In this document: piece after piece, positions 45,453-53,782 of the stretch | How the letters are laid out: every line of letters begins with the position of its first letter | Numbering within the stretch: position 1 is the stretch's first letter | IMG/VR virus record: IMGVR_UViG_3300025084_000024 | Span: 1 to 59,032 of that record | Length of the DNA stretch: 59,032 nucleotides | Direction: 5' to 3' (one strand) | Origin: a virus | Lineage: Duplodnaviria; Caudoviricetes | Program-made: the position numbers and the translations under genes | The notes under the pieces: generated by a model | Told to the model about the DNA's origin: nothing | Seen by the model: only the letters and a program-made list of their open reading frames with translations | The model's database searches: none

Positions 45453-47006
45453 ATGTCAGACGCAATTGTCAAAAATCTAAGCTTTGGTAAAGAAGCTAAG
45501 GATAAACTATTTGAAGGTATAAACAAACTCACAAAAGCCGTTAGTTCTACACTTGGAGCTAGCGGTAAACGTGTGATATTAGAAGATGGTGCAGGAAAAC
45601 CTGTTATTACTAAAGATGGAGTAACTGTAGCTGATTCAATTATATTATTAGACCCTATTGAAAATATGGGTGCTACGCTTTTAAAGGAAGCTGCTAGGAA
45701 AACTGTTAAAGAAGCTGGCGACGGAACGACAACGGCTACAGTGCTAGCGCACTCAATTTTAAATGAAGCATATCCTAAATTAAAAGAATTAGGGGCTAGA
45801 AGCTTAAAAGAGGGTATTGATAGTGCTGTGCAAAAAGTTGTACAATATTTAGAAAAAAATTCAGTAAAAGTTACTGGTAAAATGATTGATCAAGTAGCTA
45901 TTATATCCACTAATAATGATGAAAAGTTAGGAAAAATTATAGCTGAAGCTTTTAGATCAGTAGATGAAACAGGTATTGTTATGATGGAGCAGACTGAATT
46001 ATCTGAAACTACTGCGGAATTAATAGATGGTATTCAATATAATCAGGGACTAACTAATCCTAATTTCATTACTAAAAAAGATAATAATACTGCGGAATTA
46101 GAAAAAGCGCATGTACTGCTTATAGAATCTCCCGTAGAAAACATAAGAAAAATACAAAGTATTTTAGAATACGTTATTAAAAATAATAAGCCATTATTAA
46201 TAGTTGCTGATATGGATCCAACAGTGATTTCTGCTTTAGCAATGAATAAAATTAAAGGAAATATAAAAGTAAATGTAGTTAATGCTCCTACGTATGGAGT
46301 TAATAGAAAAGATATGTTTTCTGATTTAGCTATGTTAACTGGCTCTACGGTAATAAACGAAGATTTAGGGGATGATATGGATTTAATTCAACCCGAACAT
46401 TTAGGGTTTTGTGAAAAATCAATTACTGATAATAATGAAACTATTATTAAAGTTTCTAATATTCCTGATGAAGTAAAAAATATAATAAAAAAACTTCAAG
46501 AAGAATTAAAAAGCACTACTGTTCCTCCTGAAATTCAAAGAATAGAAAAAAGAATAGCAAGATTATCCGCTAAAATTGCTAGTGTTAAAATAGGAGCGGA
46601 TTCAAGTATTGAATTAAAAGAAAAATCAGATAGAGTGGAAGATGCTATTTGTGCCACTAAAGCTGCCATTAAAGAGGGTATTGTTGCCGGCGGTGGAGTT
46701 GCCTTATTAAACGCATCAACATTAATTAAAAGTAAAAGTAAAGCTGAAGACATATTATTAAAAGCTATTCAAGCCCCTTATACAACAATATTAGAAAATG
46801 CAAATCTTAATATTTTAGAATCTAATAAAAAAGGATGGGGTGTGGATGCTATTTCTGGTAAAGAAAAAAATATGATTAAATCAGGAATAATTGATCCTTT
46901 ACTGGTAACCAAAACAGCATTAAAAAATGCAGCTTCAGTTGCAACTACAATATTGTCTACAGATTGTATAATTAATAATTTAAGAATTAATGAAAGCAAT
47001 AGGTAG
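45453..47006 (+). CDS. groEL: Phage chaperonin GroEL
   Basis: 'ITKDGVTVA', 'AGDGTTTATVLA', 'GIVAGGGVAL', 'GIIDP'. No GGM tail. Confidence 0.97.
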   Translation: MSDAIVKNLSFGKEAKDKLFEGINKLTKAVSSTLGASGKRVILEDGAGKPVITKDGVTVADSIILLDPIENMGATLLKEAARKTVKEAGDGTTTATVLAHSILNEAYPKLKELGARSLKEGIDSAVQKVVQYLEKNSVKVTGKMIDQVAIISTNNDEKLGKIIAEAFRSVDETGIVMMEQTELSETTAELIDGIQYNQGLTNPNFITKKDNNTAELEKAHVLLIESPVENIRKIQSILEYVIKNNKPLLIVADMDPTVISALAMNKIKGNIKVNVVNAPTYGVNRKDMFSDLAMLTGSTVINEDLGDDMDLIQPEHLGFCEKSITDNNETIIKVSNIPDEVKNIIKKLQEELKSTTVPPEIQRIEKRIARLSAKIASVKIGADSSIELKEKSDRVEDAICATKAAIKEGIVAGGGVALLNASTLIKSKSKAEDILLKAIQAPYTTILENANLNILESNKKGWGVDAISGKEKNMIKSGIIDPLLVTKTALKNAASVATTILSTDCIINNLRINESNR

Positions 47007-47250
47007 AAATTTAATAATAGAAAAAGAAAAGCAGGGATCTTCTAAAACAAAAGGCGGTTTAATATTATCTGAAACACAAAGAGAAGATTTAAGATATAAT
47101 AAAGCTAAAGTTATATCAATAGGAAATCATATAGAAGGTATTAAAGAAAATGACTCTATATATTATGATAGGCATGCTGGCCATAATATTGAAATAAATA
47201 AAACAATATATCAAGTTATAAAAGAACAAGATGTAGTTATTGTTTTATGA
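46990..47250 (+). CDS. groES: Co-chaperonin GroES
   Basis: 'KTKGGLIL' mobile loop, 'AKVISIG', 'VIKEQDVVIVL'. Adjacent to groEL. Confidence 0.9.
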   Translation: MKAIGRNLIIEKEKQGSSKTKGGLILSETQREDLRYNKAKVISIGNHIEGIKENDSIYYDRHAGHNIEINKTIYQVIKEQDVVIVL

Positions 47251-47693
47251 AAAGATTTGAAGCTAAAGATCTTAAAGAGCATAATTTACTAAAGCATTAT
47301 AGAATTATACGTAAATGGGCCGCAAGAAATAATGATTTAACAGAGTCTGATTTAGAGCTTTTAATATATTTAGATTGTATAGATTTATTTAGTAAAATAG
47401 ATTTTAAAATGGGTGCATACTCATATAGCTGGGACAATAGAAGATGGAATAGATTATTAAAAAGCGGTTGGATAGTTGTTTGGCGCAAGAGAAATCATAC
47501 TACGCAAAAATACAATTTATATAAAATTTCTTTTAAAGGCAAACATCTTATAAATAAAATTTACAAAATAATGCTCGGCGAAGAAGATGTTCCTACTAGC
47601 GATAGAAGAAACAAAATAATGAAAGGTGAAACTTATACAGATAAAGTTTTAAAAGTTTCAATTAATAATATTAATAAAGATAAACATAGATAA
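47247..47693 (+). CDS. Putative winged-helix protein
   Basis: 'LTESDLELLIYL...RLLKSGWI...YKISFKGK' MarR-like pattern. Confidence 0.55.
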   Translation: MKRFEAKDLKEHNLLKHYRIIRKWAARNNDLTESDLELLIYLDCIDLFSKIDFKMGAYSYSWDNRRWNRLLKSGWIVVWRKRNHTTQKYNLYKISFKGKHLINKIYKIMLGEEDVPTSDRRNKIMKGETYTDKVLKVSINNINKDKHR

Positions 47694-47695
47694 TT

Positions 47696-47899
47696 ATGAA
47701 AATCAAAGATCCAAAAATTCAAACTATTGAAAAAGCTGGTGTGGTCGGCGCAAATGCTGTATGGGATGGCCCTTTAGACACAGATGGCTTTCCTATGGGT
47801 AATGGTTCTAGTTCTGGTATTAATGGAATGGAAGTAAAAAAATTTCCAACTAATTATTCCGCAGGTCCTATTACTCAAAGAGCTAAAGGCATTAGGTAA
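47696..47899 (+). CDS. Hypothetical protein
   Basis: 67-aa ORF. Confidence 0.6.
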   Translation: MKIKDPKIQTIEKAGVVGANAVWDGPLDTDGFPMGNGSSSGINGMEVKKFPTNYSAGPITQRAKGIR

Positions 47900-47900
47900 A

Positions 47901-48047
47901 ATGGAATTTTCTGATTTTAAAATGTATGGCATAAATACACTTGCATTAGGTGTAACTATGCTTGATATTGAAATTCCGTTAAAAATAATTCTTTTAACCG
48001 TTACTATTGGCTATACTATTGATAAATGGATGAAATTAAAAAAATAA
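47901..48047 (+). CDS. 48-aa membrane protein (holin-like), not in the ORF track
   Basis: MEFSDFKMYGINTLALGVTMLDIEIPLKIILLTVTIGYTIDKWMKLKK fills the gap exactly. Confidence 0.7.
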   Translation: MEFSDFKMYGINTLALGVTMLDIEIPLKIILLTVTIGYTIDKWMKLKK

Positions 48048-48048
48048 T

Positions 48049-48366
48049 ATGGCATATACTCAGTTAAACTCTCCGCTGTTAAAAAAAGGTGATGCACCTT
48101 CTCGTAAAAAATCCAAAGGTTATTATGCTAAAGTAAAATCTGGGAGCGGCACAGGTTCTAAGGCTGGTGGAGGAATGACGGCAAAAGGTGTAGCTAAATA
48201 TAGAAAAGATAATCCTGGTTCTAAACTAAAAACAGCGGTAACCACGCCGCCTTCAAAACTTAAGAGGGGAAGTAAAGCTTGGAAACGTAGAAAAGCTTTT
48301 TGCGCTAGATCAAAAAGTTGGAAGTCAGAGCGTGGCAAAGCAGCGCGCCGCAAATGGAACTGTTAA
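48049..48366 (+). CDS. Small basic protein (DUF6321-like)
   Basis: 'GGMTAKGVAKYRKDNPGSKLKTAVT..RRKAFCAR..RRKWNC'. Confidence 0.75.
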   Translation: MAYTQLNSPLLKKGDAPSRKKSKGYYAKVKSGSGTGSKAGGGMTAKGVAKYRKDNPGSKLKTAVTTPPSKLKRGSKAWKRRKAFCARSKSWKSERGKAARRKWNC

Positions 48367-48391
48367 GCAAATAATAATTAAAAATAATAAA

Positions 48392-48754
48392 ATGGGAAAA
48401 GCTGAAAAGTATAATTTAAAAGAGGCATATAATAAAAATCTTAATGATAAAGCAAGATTACATTATTTAGAAAATTACGAGCACGATTCTCACAGTAGAA
48501 AAGGTGGTTCAGGATCTTATACTGGAAATCACCCTAAATTTACTTCTCCTGTAGGTATGGCTGGGCAATTAACAGGGCAAATGCCTACACAAACAGGAGT
48601 TGCTCAACCACAAACTATTGTTGATCCTACGCAAATAGGAACAATTCCGGCTCAAAACATTATAAATGCTAACGCTGCAAATACTCAACCGCAATATTCT
48701 GCACAAGAACAAATTGCTATGGCTAATACAAGAGGATTAGTAAATGGAATCTAA
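48392..48754 (+). CDS. Hypothetical protein
   Basis: Start set at MGKAEK (A-rich context). Gln-rich C-terminus. Confidence 0.6.
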   Translation: MGKAEKYNLKEAYNKNLNDKARLHYLENYEHDSHSRKGGSGSYTGNHPKFTSPVGMAGQLTGQMPTQTGVAQPQTIVDPTQIGTIPAQNIINANAANTQPQYSAQEQIAMANTRGLVNGI

Positions 48755-48896
48755 AGGATTAGGCGATACTATAGAAAAAATTACTAAAGTTACAAGAATT
48801 AAATCTGTGGTAGATAGAGTAGCAGAAGGTTTAAATATTCCGTGTGGTTGTAATAAGCGAAAAGAAAAATTAAACAAAATATTTCCTTATAAATAA
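48744..48896 (+). CDS. 50-aa CGC-motif protein, not in the ORF track
   Basis: MESKGLGDTIEKITKVTRIKSVVDRVAEGLNIPCGCNKRKEKLNKIFPYK, TAATG-coupled to the next gene. Confidence 0.75.
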   Translation: MESKGLGDTIEKITKVTRIKSVVDRVAEGLNIPCGCNKRKEKLNKIFPYK

Positions 48897-49207
48897 TGGC
48901 TTTTAAAATAAACCCACCTTATTCTTTAGACAATACACCAATTTATACGGTAGATTTAGATAATAATGTGTTAGGTAAGGCCAATAACAATGGAACTATT
49001 ATTGTAAATAAAAATTTAGATCCTAATGATTTAAAAAAAGTAATAGATCACGAAATGGTGCATGTAGACCAATTTAAAAGAGGTGATTTAGATTATGATG
49101 ATAAAAATGTATATTGGAAAGGTAAAACTTATTCAAGATCTAAAATGAATGAAGGATCCCCAACCTTAGCCTGGGAAAAAGAAGCTTATAACAAAACCAA
49201 TAAATAA
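48896..49207 (+). CDS. Small zincin metallopeptidase
   Basis: 'VIDHEMVHVDQ' (HExxH) and downstream 'WEKEAY'. Confidence 0.75.
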   Translation: MAFKINPPYSLDNTPIYTVDLDNNVLGKANNNGTIIVNKNLDPNDLKKVIDHEMVHVDQFKRGDLDYDDKNVYWKGKTYSRSKMNEGSPTLAWEKEAYNKTNK

Positions 49208-49222
49208 CTTAAAATTAATATT

Positions 49223-49858
49223 ATGCCTAAAGGATTTGGATATGGCGGTGAGTCCGCTAATCAAGAAAAGAAAAATTTAAATAAAGACATGCCGGTGGTT
49301 AGCCGCGCTTCAGGTAATTCTTGGATGAATAAACATTCAGTTGCTGCTGGGTCACCTGTAGGAATGGGTGGATCTTACAAAGGCTCTGCTATAAAATTAC
49401 ATAAACCCGGTCATGGTCCCGATCCAAAAAGCGGTCAGTTTAAAAAAGGCCCATCTGGAAGACCAGTAGCTGTTAGAGAAACTAGTGAAAGCGGGGGTTT
49501 TATACAACCAACTTCTGAAGGCGTAAAAGCTGCACAACAAAATACTGGTATTTTTGATCCAAAGACAACCAATATTGCCGACTATAAAGGGTATTATTTA
49601 GAATCCGGAAGTGGAAAACAAACTCAAGATCCTAGTAAGGCTTATGGGTTTGTATCGCATTCAGGTAAATTTACTAGATTTGGAAGCACGGACAATTCAA
49701 GTCGTAGAGAAGCAATTAAAGAAGCTGAAAGAAAAAAGAAATTATATATGCAAGAGCAGTCTAGATTAAGAACAATGCGACAGGACCGCATTGATTATGC
49801 AGAAGCAGGTGGCGTAATTAAGCCGGCTAAGAAAAAAGACCCCAAATCAGGAGCATAA
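49223..49858 (+). CDS. Basic low-complexity hypothetical protein
   Basis: 211 aa, G/K/S-rich. Confidence 0.6.
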   Translation: MPKGFGYGGESANQEKKNLNKDMPVVSRASGNSWMNKHSVAAGSPVGMGGSYKGSAIKLHKPGHGPDPKSGQFKKGPSGRPVAVRETSESGGFIQPTSEGVKAAQQNTGIFDPKTTNIADYKGYYLESGSGKQTQDPSKAYGFVSHSGKFTRFGSTDNSSRREAIKEAERKKKLYMQEQSRLRTMRQDRIDYAEAGGVIKPAKKKDPKSGA

Positions 49859-49859
49859 A

Positions 49860-50240
49860 ATGTGGAAATTGCTTGTTGGATTACTAAAAGGCGGTGATAA
49901 TAGAAAATCCGTTGCTGGTAATTTAGCCTGGGAAATACGAGAAGCCATAAAAGGCAAAGAGTTAGATCCTAATGAATTAATTTCTATACAAACAAAAATA
50001 AATGAAATAGAAGCTGGCCATCGAACTGTATTTGTTGCTGGCTGGCGCCCATTTATTGGCTGGGTTTGTGGTGTAGCTTTAGCATATAATTTTGTAATAA
50101 GAGATTTGTTTATATGGGCATTACAACCGCAAGATGTACCTCCAGCATTACAGATGGAACATTTAATGACCGTTTTGTTAGGTATGTTAGGATTAGGTGG
50201 CTTGCGAACATATGAAAAGATAAAAGATAAAGTAAAGTAA
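49860..50240 (+). CDS. Holin (3TM GTA-type family)
   Basis: 'AGWRPFIGWVCG' and 'LLGMLGLGGLRTYEK'. Confidence 0.85.
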   Translation: MWKLLVGLLKGGDNRKSVAGNLAWEIREAIKGKELDPNELISIQTKINEIEAGHRTVFVAGWRPFIGWVCGVALAYNFVIRDLFIWALQPQDVPPALQMEHLMTVLLGMLGLGGLRTYEKIKDKVK

Positions 50241-50265
50241 TAATAATCAATTTAAATTTAATCAA

Positions 50266-50514
50266 ATGGAAAAAGTAGAAAAAAAAGTAACTGAAGAGCA
50301 ATTAGCTAAAATTAAAGAGAATCAAACTGCAATGAATAACAAGCTTAGGGATTTAGGTTTTTTAGAAAATCAAAAGCATATCTTATTGCATGAATTTGCC
50401 GGATTAACGCAAGATAGTGATGATCATAAAAAAGAGCTTGAAAAAGAATATGGAGCGGTTAGCATCGATTTAGAAACGGGGATTTATACTGAAATAGAAG
50501 AATCTAATAAATAA
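50266..50514 (+). CDS. Coiled-coil hypothetical protein
   Basis: 'ELEKEYGAVSIDLETG' C-terminal motif. Confidence 0.65.
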   Translation: MEKVEKKVTEEQLAKIKENQTAMNNKLRDLGFLENQKHILLHEFAGLTQDSDDHKKELEKEYGAVSIDLETGIYTEIEESNK

Positions 50515-50519
50515 TATAA

Positions 50520-50750
50520 ATGTCACGTGTTATAAGAAAAATCAGCATTGGATCTGATTATAAAAATGATGCTATGCATTATTCCCTTGAACAAGAAGTT
50601 TACGGAGGTCACAAAATAGCTTATATCATATTTGAAGATACTGATAATTCTTATAATATACATATAAAAAAGAATAATGAGGTGGTGCCATGGAAAAAAT
50701 TTAATTCTAATATGGCAATTTCAGTAGAGTATGATTTAAAATATGAATAG
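50520..50750 (+). CDS. Hypothetical protein
   Basis: 'IRKISIGSDYKNDAMHY', in the operon. Confidence 0.65.
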   Translation: MSRVIRKISIGSDYKNDAMHYSLEQEVYGGHKIAYIIFEDTDNSYNIHIKKNNEVVPWKKFNSNMAISVEYDLKYE

Positions 50751-51348
50751 TCTTTATAATTTTATAGTAGAGCCTATAGGTGAAAGATATAATAATTCAA
50801 TTAATATAGGTGAAAATAAATTAGTATTAAATTCTAGCATAGAATCTTTTAAGTTTATAAATAAACTAGCAAAAGTAATTAGTACACCTTTAGCTTTCAA
50901 AACTGTTATAAAACCGGGTGATGAAATAATAATACATCATAATGTTTTTAGAAGGTATTATGATATAAGAGGTAAAGAAAAAAATAGTAGTAAATACTTT
51001 AAAAACAATCTTTACTTTTGCCAACCGGATCAAGTGTATCTTTATAAAAAAAGTAATAAATGGCATTCGTTTATGGATAGATGCTTTGTAAAACCGGTTA
51101 TTAATAAAGATTATTTAAAGCAAGAAAAAACTAAAAGCCTTGTTGGTATACTAAAATACGGAAATAGCTCGTTAGAAGCTCTTGAAATAAGCCCAGGAGA
51201 CACCGTTGGGTTTACGCCAAATGGCGAATGGGAGTTTATAGTAGATAATGAGCTTTTATATTGTATGAAATCAAATGATATTGTTATTAAATATGGACAT
51301 CAAAAAAACGAAACTGAATATAATCCAAGCTGGGCAAAGAGCAGTTGA
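50743..51348 (+). CDS. Tandem GroES-like domain protein
   Basis: Two GroES-like halves: 'FIVEP..AKVISTP..IKPGDEIII' and 'DRCFVKP..ISPGDTVGF..LYCMKSNDIV'. Confidence 0.65.
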   Translation: MNSLYNFIVEPIGERYNNSINIGENKLVLNSSIESFKFINKLAKVISTPLAFKTVIKPGDEIIIHHNVFRRYYDIRGKEKNSSKYFKNNLYFCQPDQVYLYKKSNKWHSFMDRCFVKPVINKDYLKQEKTKSLVGILKYGNSSLEALEISPGDTVGFTPNGEWEFIVDNELLYCMKSNDIVIKYGHQKNETEYNPSWAKSS

Positions 51349-51559
51349 AGAATTAATTAAAGTAGCAAAAGAAGATATTGTAGATTCTGATGATGACATA
51401 TCTGCTGATAGATTAAAAAACGCTGCTGCAACTAAAAAATTAGCAATATTTGACGCTTTTGAAATATTAAACAGAATAGATCAAGAAGAAAAATTATTGC
51501 AAGAAATTCCAGAATCTAAAAAACAATTTGGTGGATTTGCGGAAAAAAGATCTAAATAA
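51293..51559 (+). CDS. Putative terminase small subunit
   Basis: Helical protein coupled (TAATG) to the large terminase. Start set at MDIKKT. Confidence 0.6.
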   Translation: MDIKKTKLNIIQAGQRAVEELIKVAKEDIVDSDDDISADRLKNAAATKKLAIFDAFEILNRIDQEEKLLQEIPESKKQFGGFAEKRSK

Positions 51560-53778
51560 TGTACCAACAGAATCTATATTTTATAGCTAAAGACTATATA
51601 AAACCTAAAATTATAAATAGAAATAATAGGTATAAAAAATGGGAATATGGCTATAATAAAGAATATGATATTATAATAATAAGTAAAACAGGTAAAATAG
51701 GTGAAATATATAATATACAAGGTTTATATATTGCTTTACCATTAATTGAACAATGTTATAAAAAATCAAATAAAAAAGAAGATCAATACTGGCAAAAATT
51801 TGAATATCCTAAAGTATTAAAAAAAATAAAATCAGTTTTTGATTGGGAACAATACCCTGATAATTTTAAAGAAAACTGGTACGATTTTATAGATAATGAA
51901 TTTAAATATAGAGAAGAAGGTTTTTCGTTCTATAATAATGGTATCAAAACTTATATTACTGGGACTCATTACATGTACTTGCAGTGGACTAAAATTGACG
52001 TTGGGGCCGCTGAGTTTAGGGAATCAAACAGATTATTCTATATTTTTTGGGAAGCGTGCAAAGCAGATACCAGATGTTATGGAATATGCTATCTTAAAAA
52101 CAGACGGTCTGGGTTTAGCTTCATGGCATCGAACGAAACTGTTAACCAAGCAACCATGTCAAGCGACTCGAGATTTGGAATTTTATCGAAAACTGGGGCT
52201 GATGCCAAAAAAATGTTTACAGATAAAGTCGTTCCAATATCAACCAATTATCCTTTCTTCTTTAAACCAGTTCAAGATGGAATGGATAGACCAAAAACAG
52301 AACTTGCTTATAGAGTACCCGCTTCCAAATTAACTAGACGTAAAATAGAAGTAGGAGAGCAATTAAAAGATATTGACGGTCTTGATACTACAATTGATTG
52401 GAAAAATACAGGTGACAATAGTTATGACGGTGAAAAATTAAAACTTTTAGTTCATGATGAATCCGGGAAATGGGAAAGGCCTGATAATATAATAAACAAC
52501 TGGCGAGTAACAAAAACAACTTTAAGATTAGGAAGTCGTATTGTGGGAAAATGCATGATGGGATCAACATCAAATGCATTAGATAAAGGCGGAGAAAATT
52601 TTAAAAAAGTATATGAAGGATCAGATGTTACAAAAAGAAATAATAATGGTCAGACTAGTTCAGGACTATATTCTTTGTTCATACCTATGGAATGGAACTA
52701 CGAAGGCTTCATTAATATGTATGGAATACCTGTATTCGACACTCCAAAAACCCCAGTTAAAAGTATTGATGGAACCGAAATAGAAATAGGTGTAATAGAT
52801 TATTGGAATAATGAGGTAGAGGGTTTGAAGCAAGATCAAGATGCTTTAAATGAATTTTATAGACAATTTCCTCGTACAATTCAACATGCTTTTAGAGATG
52901 AAACTAAACAATCTTTATTTAATCTAACTAAAATTTATGAACAAATAGATTATGTTGATGATATTAAATATAGTAGTTTAGTTACTCAAGGAAATTTTCA
53001 GTGGGAAAATGGCGTAAAAGATACAAGAGTAATTTTTATGCCAAATAATCAAGGAAGATTTTTTGTTTCTTGGGTACCACCTTATCATTTGCAAAATAAA
53101 ATAATAATAAAAAATAATATAAAGCATCCTGGTAATGAAGATTTAGGAGCATTTGGATGCGATAGTTACGATATTTCAGGCACAGTAGATGGCCGAGGTT
53201 CTAAAGGTTCTTTACATGGGCTAACAAAGTTTACTATGGAAGACGCTCCCCCTAATCAATTTTTTTTAGAATACATATCTAGACCCGATAATGCAGAAAT
53301 ATTTTTTGAAGATGTATTAATGGCATTAATATTTTATGGAATGCCAATACTAGCGGAAAATAACAAACCTAGACTTTTATATTATATAAAGCGTAGGGGA
53401 TATAGAGGATATTCAATGAATAGACCTGATAAAATTTACAATAAGCTTTCAGTAACAGAAAGAGAAATAGGAGGAGTACCAAATTCCAGTGAAGATATGA
53501 AGCAAGCTCATGCAGCAGCTATTGAAACATATATAGATACTCATATAGGCTTTAATGGAACAGATTACGGTAATATGTACTTTATAAGAACTTTAAATGA
53601 TTGGTCTAAATTTAATTTAAATAATAGAACAAAACACGATGCTTCTATTAGTTCAGGATTAGCTATTATGGCTTGTAATAAAAATAAATATGCACCTGTA
53701 TCTAAAAAAGTATTTATGCCTTTGAATTTAAAAATGAGAAAATACAACAACGATGGAATTACGTCAAAAATAATTTAA
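51559..53778 (+). CDS. terL: Terminase large subunit
   Basis: 'KNRRSGFS' Walker A variant, 'LLVHDESGK' Walker B, 'GST' coupling motif, nuclease 'GCDSYD', 'ENN' and 'HDA'. Confidence 0.92.
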   Translation: MYQQNLYFIAKDYIKPKIINRNNRYKKWEYGYNKEYDIIIISKTGKIGEIYNIQGLYIALPLIEQCYKKSNKKEDQYWQKFEYPKVLKKIKSVFDWEQYPDNFKENWYDFIDNEFKYREEGFSFYNNGIKTYITGTHYMYLQWTKIDVGAAEFRESNRLFYIFWEACKADTRCYGICYLKNRRSGFSFMASNETVNQATMSSDSRFGILSKTGADAKKMFTDKVVPISTNYPFFFKPVQDGMDRPKTELAYRVPASKLTRRKIEVGEQLKDIDGLDTTIDWKNTGDNSYDGEKLKLLVHDESGKWERPDNIINNWRVTKTTLRLGSRIVGKCMMGSTSNALDKGGENFKKVYEGSDVTKRNNNGQTSSGLYSLFIPMEWNYEGFINMYGIPVFDTPKTPVKSIDGTEIEIGVIDYWNNEVEGLKQDQDALNEFYRQFPRTIQHAFRDETKQSLFNLTKIYEQIDYVDDIKYSSLVTQGNFQWENGVKDTRVIFMPNNQGRFFVSWVPPYHLQNKIIIKNNIKHPGNEDLGAFGCDSYDISGTVDGRGSKGSLHGLTKFTMEDAPPNQFFLEYISRPDNAEIFFEDVLMALIFYGMPILAENNKPRLLYYIKRRGYRGYSMNRPDKIYNKLSVTEREIGGVPNSSEDMKQAHAAAIETYIDTHIGFNGTDYGNMYFIRTLNDWSKFNLNNRTKHDASISSGLAIMACNKNKYAPVSKKVFMPLNLKMRKYNNDGITSKII

Positions 53779-53782
53779 ATAG

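Noticed and set aside
50237-50245. GTAATAATA (and GTAATATTA at 954) as further class II promoters
   Set aside because: No TGTAA box 16 nt upstream. They may be weak promoters but are not supported.
51896-52333. 145-aa alternative-frame ORF inside terL with locally higher GC
   Set aside because: No recognisable motif and it overlaps the conserved ATPase core. An overprinted gene cannot be excluded but is unsupported.
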